From NCBI GenBank assembly GCA_951406725.2, contig OX597836.1, positions 33,852,001 through 33,916,000 of the forward strand: a stretch of 64,000 bases of DNA, in the 5' to 3' direction. Position numbers and translations under genes: made by a program. The notes under the pieces are model-generated. The model saw only the letters and a list, made by a program, of their open reading frames with translations, made no database searches and was not told the origin of the DNA. Origin of the DNA: Octopus vulgaris (Eukaryota). Positions 56,420 through 64,000 of the stretch are shown here, piece by piece. How positions within the stretch are numbered: position 1 is the first letter of the stretch; each line of letters opens with the position of its first letter.

Positions 56420-56733
56420 GCCCAACAAATCGAACCCAGGACTTATTTTTCTAAAGCCTAGTGCATATACTATCACCCTCTTTTACCGAACCGCTAAGTC
56501 ACGGGGACGTGAACACACCAACACCGGTTATCAAACAGTGATGAGAGACAAACACAGACACAAGGCTCGAGGTTGTAGTAGCAGACACTTGCCCAAGGTG
56601 ACACTCAGTGGGACTGAACCCGGAACCATGAGGCGGGGAAGCAAACCGCTTACCACAGTCATACCTGCATCTGTCTATGTATGTATGTATGTATGTATGT
56701 ATGCATGTATGCATGTATGCATGTATGTATGTA

Positions 56734-56793
<60 letters not shown>

Positions 56794-56823
56794 TTTATCT
56801 ATCTATCTCTATCTATCTGCCTG

Positions 56824-56872
<49 letters not shown>

Positions 56873-57645
56873 ATGTGTGTATGTGTGCGCGCGCACGCGC
56901 ACGCGTGTGAGCGTGTGTGTATCTTTGTATCTGTTCTCGCACTCCATGCCAACCTTGTTTCAAATCAGCGGTTCGGCAAAAGAGACTGCTAGAATATGCA
57001 AATATGTACCAGACATAAAAATAACTAGACAAATCGATTTGCTCGACTAAACCCTTCGAAGCGATGCTCCAGCATGGTCGCAGACCAATTCCTGCAAGAA
57101 ATGAAAGAAAAAGGAAGGAAAAAAGGAAAGGAAGATATAATAGCGTATGAAATCACTAGAATGACCAGAAAGTCGTTCTTAATTCTTGAATAAAGATATC
57201 AAATGAGTCGAGGCAAGAAAGAAAGGTAAATAGAAGGAGAAATGAATGAAGTTATGAATAAAAATGGAAAGAAAATGGGCAGAAGGAATGTTAGGATAAA
57301 AATTCATCCATCTTCTCAAAGACTTAGAAAATGAAGAAAGAAGAAGGAAGAAAGAAAAAAGAAGGAAGAAGCGGAACGAGGCTGGGAAAAGTAAAGGGAA
57401 AACGAGGGGACAAATAAAGGAGAAAATAATTCTTTCTGCTATAGATACATGGCTTGAAATTCAATGGGAAGGGGATATTTCACTATATTGACCCCAGAGT
57501 TTAACTGGTACTTATTTTATCGACCCCGAAAGGATGAAAAGCAAAGTCGACCTCTGGGGAATTTGAAGCCAGAATGTAGAGCCGGAAGATATGCCGTTAG
57601 CAATTTTGTCCAACACGCTAACGATTCTTCCAACTCGTCGCCTTA
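56420..57645. mobile_element. Diverged SINE fragments: B (56420-56670 -, 56950-57090 +) and C (57440-57645 -)
   Basis: Recognisable family boxes with many substitutions. Confidence 0.7.
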
Positions 57646-58169
57646 AAGAATAAGATGAAAATAGAAGAAAATAAAGGAAAGAAAAAGCGAAATCGAAGAT
57701 GAAGAAGGAAAAAGAGAAGACGTAAAAGGATAAAAACAACGAAGAGGGGGTAAAAAAAAGAAAGAAAAATAACAACAATAAGAAGAAGAAGAGGAAAATA
57801 AGAAGAAAAATACGAAGGAAAAGACGAACGCTTTCAAATAGTTATAAAAAGAAACCGGAAATATAACTTTTGATTCGATAATCAAAGCCGACATTTTTAC
57901 TTATGGAAATACAAGATTTCACGGACCGGAAATGGATTCTTGATTTCTGTAAATGTAATTACAGTCGACATTTTCTCTGTCCCTTCTTTGTTTAGTTCTT
58001 TTTCCTTAGTTTCTTTTTTTTTTCTACATCTAATACTTTTTTTTTTCACTCTGTCTTTTTGTTTTCCCTTCTTACTGCGCCGCCGCCGCTGCCTCCTATT
58101 TTCTGATCCCTATCCACTCCTCCTCTACCTATCATGCTTTCCCTTTTATTTTCATTTTATTGCCTCCTC

Positions 58170-58298
58170 CAACTCATCATCATCATCGTCGACGTCGTCG
58201 TCGTCGTCGTCATCATCGTCATCACCACCACCACCACCACCACTACCACCACCAACTTTATCATCATCATCACCACCAACACCGCCACTACCAACTTT

Positions 58299-58388
<90 letters not shown>

Positions 58389-58404
58389 GCCATCATCATC
58401 ATCG

Positions 58405-58438
<34 letters not shown>

Positions 58439-58457
58439 TATCGCCATCATCATCATC

Positions 58458-58496
<39 letters not shown>

Positions 58497-58546
58497 GCCA
58501 TCATCATCATCGCTATCATCATCATCGTCATCCTCATCATCGCCGC

Positions 58547-58592
<46 letters not shown>

Positions 58593-58800
58593 GTTATCAT
58601 CATCATCGCCGCCATCATCATCGTCATCATCATCACCATTTTCTTCCTTCTCTTCATTTTCTTTTGCTTATTTTTTACTTCTTGCGTCATCTTATTTTAC
58701 TTGAACGCCATGATCATGATCTGGATGATGAGGCGATGATCATGATGATGATGAGGAGGAGGACAATGATGATGATGTCGACGATGTTGGTTGACAATGA
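58170..58800. repeat. (CAT)n-based trinucleotide block with an inverted (GAT)n tail
   Basis: Read directly. It explains the poly-S/H/I/M ORFs. Confidence 0.93.
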
Positions 58801-59404
58801 TGGTGATGATATCGGTAATTATTATGACACTTGCAGCAGACATTTGTTGAAGACACTGGTAGAAGACACTTGCCCAAGGAGTTACAAACTGGGACTGAAC
58901 TCAGAACCACGCGATTAGCAAGCAAGCTTCTAAACTCAAACACAAAACCGCGCTCATACGGCAGCCATTTACAAAGTTTCCGTCTGACATGTTTTACTTA
59001 AAAGACACTGGTCACCCGCAGGATCGAACCTGAAACAGCATGGTTGGGAAGTGGACTCAAGAGCACTACCATACCCGGTCAAAGTTGCAACACCCCTTAT
59101 AACAGGTCCATTAGATCAGTGATTACATAAGGCTAAAGGACTACAGCTATAGCAAATAGTAAACATCGAACATGCTTGCGTATACGTATGTAGGTGCACA
59201 CGAAAGCACACATATATGTTAATGAGTGTATATCTGTATTAAGATATATATATTCTCTGTTTTTTTGTTTTACCTCATATTCCTTTCTGTTGAAGAGCGT
59301 AGGCTCGAAACGCAAACGACTTTTTCATTTTCCCCAGCGTCAAACTAATACACTTACTAGTTGTTTATATACCCATCTTCGTCTTTTGTTTTCCTATAAA
59401 TTTC

Positions 59405-59449
<45 letters not shown>

Positions 59450-60314
59450 GACACGTTTGTGTGAACGTCTTTATCTCATTTAATAATCACAATATAGATT
59501 TTTATGAGCTACTAACAGTTTCATTTCATGCGATGAAAACATCTCAGAAGTTCTAAGACGTTTGCTGCCTTCAAAGAATACAGGCCCTGTTTTAGATTGT
59601 ATTGCCATGTGAGCATAGCCTGAAGATTGCATGAAGGTACCAAACCTGTTAAAAATGCCGTCTGAGATGTTTTTATCGCATGAAACTATTAGTAGGTCAT
59701 AAAGATATATATTGTATTTATCGAATATGTACCTCGCATCAGATGGAGTCCTTTTCTTGTTAATCTTACCATCACAGAATAATACAGCACACACACACGC
59801 ACATAAACACACATACACACACGCACACGTACACACACACACACACACACACAACCACACATATTCATCTATTATTAATAGTAATAATAAATATAAAACT
59901 TCTCATATCATTTACTTTACCAATCAGTTTCATACCAGGAGTTAAGAACATGCCGGCAATCATCAGAAATGGTTTGAGAATTGTTGCAAAATCGCCGAGT
60001 TAGCGAATCCGTTAGCACACTGATCAAAATGTTAAGTGGCATTTCTTTTGGCGCTTTACATTCTGAGTTCAAATTCAACCGAGTTCGACAATTATTCTTC
60101 GGGGTCGATAAAATAAAATTAGTCGATTACATCGACTATCTCCCTTTGTTCGAATTTGCAAGCTTTTTCTAAATTCGAAAGAATTATTAATATACCCACT
60201 CTATTACCTAATACGTTTATGTGTATGAATGTACACGCATGTATACAAACATACTTACACCTTTATACATGCATCTATATATGTGTATATGTGTATATGT
60301 GTGTACATATCTAC

Positions 60315-60382
<68 letters not shown>

Positions 60383-60428
60383 GTATCTATGCATCTATCT
60401 ACTATCTCTCTCTCTCTCTCTATCTCTA

Positions 60429-60467
<39 letters not shown>

Positions 60468-60712
60468 ATGTATCGGTCTATACAAAGTTCAACATGCCTT
60501 GTCGTCAAACACAATGTCATTTTACAATATATGCAAAATATTTCCGCTCATGAAAAGATACGAATAAGCACGCGCGCGTGAGTGTATGTGTGTGTCTGCA
60601 TGTGTTTACACACACGTACTTCCACAAAAATACACACTCATATATACATATTTACACATATAAATGTATATACACGTATGCATTTACATATATAGTTGCT
60701 TGTGTGTGTGAG

Positions 60713-60783
<71 letters not shown>

Positions 60784-60857
60784 ATATCTATCTATATATA
60801 TATATATATATCCATATCTATACCGCCTTGGTTTTTTTATCTCATTTCGCAAAAATT

Positions 60858-60956
<99 letters not shown>

Positions 60957-61406
60957 GTGTGTGTGTGTGTGCATATATATGTGTGCGCGTGTGTGTAAGT
61001 GGGGCTTGTCTATATCTATCTCTGTGTACATATATTTATATATACATGTGCATATATATATAACCATACATTTGCAGGTGTATATGTGAACGATATGTCC
61101 GCGTGCTATGCGATATCTTTCCTTTTATTATTTCAATTCTATTTTATTTCACTTCTTTTCCTCGCACCATTCTTCACCTTATTACTGATGTTATTATTAC
61201 TATTCTTATTATCATTATTAAAATTACTTTTTTCTACCATACATACTGGCACCGTATATCCATTCTCGTTCATGTCATGCGCTGGTTTTCTAGACAAGGG
61301 TGGAAACGGGCTTAAAAACCTCGTAGCTTTATCGCGATCGGTTTCCTTTTTATTGCTGTGTATATATCCCCATGTTCCTTTTGTCTACTTTGCCATGTGT
61401 TTGAAC

Positions 61407-61457
<51 letters not shown>

Positions 61458-61725
61458 CGTATGTGTGTGTGTATATACACTTATGAGCAGGGCGGTTTGT
61501 AGAACGTGTATAAATCTTTGGCGTGTCAATGGATTTTAAGAAAATCCATCATACGCCACATCGGAAGTCATACATCAAATCTGTGTTTTGTTATCCAATA
61601 AGGCGGAAGTGTCTTCAAATTTTGTTTTTTGATTGGTTTTTGTTCATTCTTTCTGTTTCAGTTTTTATTTTTATTTGGTGTGGGGAGAAGTGTTGTTGGG
61701 TTCCATTTTTAATTTCATCTCCACC

Positions 61726-61759
<34 letters not shown>

Positions 61760-61760
61760 G

Positions 61761-61830
<70 letters not shown>

Positions 61831-61887
61831 CAGCCATCCTTCTGTCTACCTATCTGTATCAGCGGGTGCTTCGGAGAGCGTGCGTAC

Positions 61888-61953
<66 letters not shown>

Positions 61954-61958
61954 TATGC

Positions 61959-62015
<57 letters not shown>

Positions 62016-62095
62016 TATATGTAAATAAATGAATATATATACGTGTGTGTGTGTATATATATATACAGATAGATAGATAGATAGATGTACATATA

Positions 62096-62146
<51 letters not shown>

Positions 62147-62359
62147 ATGTTTGTGTGTCTATGTTTGTTTCCAATATCGCTTGATAACCGATGTTGGTGT
62201 GTTTACGTCCCCGTAATTAAGCTGTTCGGCAAAAGCGTAGGTTCGACTCCCAGAGTGGGCTGCGCATTGTGTTCTTGAGCAAAACACTTCATTTCACGCT
62301 GCTCCAATACCCTTTTCCATCAGTGGGGGTGGGAATGTTGGCCTTTTCGCCCAGCCAGT

Positions 62360-62680
62360 TAAGTAAGTTAAGTTAAGTTAAGTTTTTGGCTCAAAATGCA
62401 AAAAGCAAGGCCATGTAGGGGGACATGGAGTTATGTACAGGGAGGGTGTTCATGCAAAGAGTTCAGACCATTTCTGGTCAAGAGAGACTTTGAACCGAGC
62501 GGTCGTCGGCATCTTCACTATCCCGTCCGGCAGCTTATTCCACGGATCCGCAACCCGGACGGAGAAAGCCCCTCTCCTTCGATTGAGATGAAATCGTCGC
62601 AGATAGAGTTTTTCGGAGTGACCCCGCAGCCGACGCTCTGGAGCAGGAGTGAAGAACAGCTCTTTCGAGAGGTTACACTT
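62360..62680 (-). mobile_element. CR1-clade LINE 3' fragment with (TAACT)n tail
   Basis: RRLRGHSEKL..RRGAFSVRVADPWNKLP..FKVSLD, the hallmark CR1 C-terminus. Confidence 0.88.
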
Positions 62681-62864
62681 TCCACTTATGATGTAGTAGT
62701 ACCATTCGAAGGCTAAAACGATGCAAAGCGCATTGTGACTAGCGATGTTACAACATCTGAAAGTCTTGTCGGTCACGTGATCACGTGATATTTATCTACT
62801 ACTACTACTACTACTACTACATATACTCTCGCATTATACTTACATACATATAGTAGTAGTACAA

Positions 62865-63100
62865 CTCCTTCCCGAGTCATACCCACTCAAAAGGGCCGGT
62901 TTCCCGGTTTCATGACATATATTCCCCATCTGGACGGGACGCCAATCCCTCGCAGGATTACACACTTTTGCCAGCTGAGTGGACTGGAGCAACGTGAAAT
63001 AAAGTGTTTTATCTCAAAGACACAACACGTCGGCCAGTGCAAGAATCGAAACCACAATCTTTCGATCATGAGCTCAACACCCGTACCAATAAGCCACGCA
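62865..63100 (-). mobile_element. tRNA-derived SINE family D (V-domain-like)
   Basis: Minus strand has a GGTTTCGATTC box, TTGTGTCTTTGAGATAAAACACTT, CCTGCGAGGGATTGGCGTCCCGTCCAG and GAAACCGGGAAACCGGCCC. Confidence 0.6.
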
Positions 63101-63220
63101 CGTCAACAAATTAATACGTGCATATATCCATAAGCACATTTTTATTAATATCATCGAATGCAGTATCCTTTGCGCGTTTATAATTGGTATTTAATTCCTT
63201 CAGTATTAATTTATTGTTAA

Positions 63221-63640
63221 GGCGGCGAGCTGGCAGAAACGTTAGCACGCCGGGTGAAATGCCTAGCAGTATTTCGTCTGCCATTACGTTCTGAGTTCAA
63301 ATTCCGCCGAGGTCGACTTTGCCTTTCATCTTTTCGGTGTCGATTAAATAAGTACCAGTTACGCACTGGGGTCGATGTAATCGACTCAATCCGTTTGTCT
63401 GTCCTTGTTTGTCCCTTCTGTGTTAAGCCCCTTGTGGGTAGTAAAGAAATAGGTATTTCGTCTGCCGTTACGTTCTGAGTTCAAATTCCATTGAGGTCAA
63501 CTTTGCCTTTCATCCTTTCGGAGTTGATTAAATAAGTACCAGTTACGCACTGGGGTCGATGTAATCGACTTAATCCGTTTGTCTCTCCTTGTTTGTCCCC
63601 TCTATGTTTAGCCCCTTGTGGGCAATACAGAAATAAATAT
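63221..63640 (+). mobile_element. SINE family C dimer (full monomer plus headless monomer)
   Basis: GGCGGCGAGCTGGCAGAAACG head. Junction AAAGAAATAGGTATTTCGTCTGCCGTTACG at about 63445. Confidence 0.88.
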
Positions 63641-63658
63641 TAGTTTATTGTAGCTATA

Positions 63659-63945
63659 GTGGAGGTGCAATGGCCAAGTGGTTAGGGTAGCAGACTCGCG
63701 GTCGTAGGATAGCGGTTTCGATTCCCAGATCGGGCATTGTAAGTGTTTATTGAACGAAAACACCTAAAGCTACGCTCGCATGCCGACATGCACAAACATG
63801 TGCATGTCTCAACACACACACATATACCTACATAAGGAACGCACAAACACACACATTCTCATACATGTTGTACCTGTATTTCAAAGGGCCAACCTTAATG
63901 GTACACGTGTCTGTGGAGTGCTCATCCACTTGCACGTTAATAAAT
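63659..63945 (+). mobile_element. Diverged, internally rearranged SINE family A
   Basis: GTGGAGGTGCAATGGCCAAGTGGTTAGGG head and GTACACGTGTCTGTGGAGTGCTCA body. Confidence 0.75.
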
Positions 63946-64000
63946 GAGCTGCGACGTCACTGGTGCCAAGCTGTATCGGCCCCTTTGCCTTTCCCTTAGA

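Overview
This is AT-rich, repeat-saturated eukaryotic DNA, most likely intronic or intergenic sequence of a coleoid cephalopod such as Octopus (inferred from the tRNA-derived SINE families and the very high (TA)n/(CA)n/(TACA)n/(TCTA)n load). No confident protein-coding gene is visible. Nearly all long ORFs in the track are microsatellite or SINE artefacts. The real coding remnants are decayed transposons: a Chapaev3-like transposase carrying nested insertions, RTE, L1/Tx1 and CR1 LINE fragments, and mariner and Tc1 fragments. Non-autonomous elements include four SINE types, hAT-Charlie, Merlin-like and pogo-like MITEs, and a Helitron cluster. The most interesting signal is about 15 type-I minimal hammerhead-ribozyme-like motifs (CUGANGA...GAAA, palindromic stem III, NUH) in short Penelope-like terminal repeats next to microsatellites. 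Some have intact cores, some have 80-115 nt extended stem II, some occur as inverted pairs, and one family has a recurrent A6U core change. Also notable are a 2.2-kb higher-order tandem array of SINE units that may have captured a 51-nt exon, several unexplained long hairpins and insertions with target-site duplications (TSDs), and a private inverted SINE pair 12 kb apart. All calls were made by eye with no database searches.
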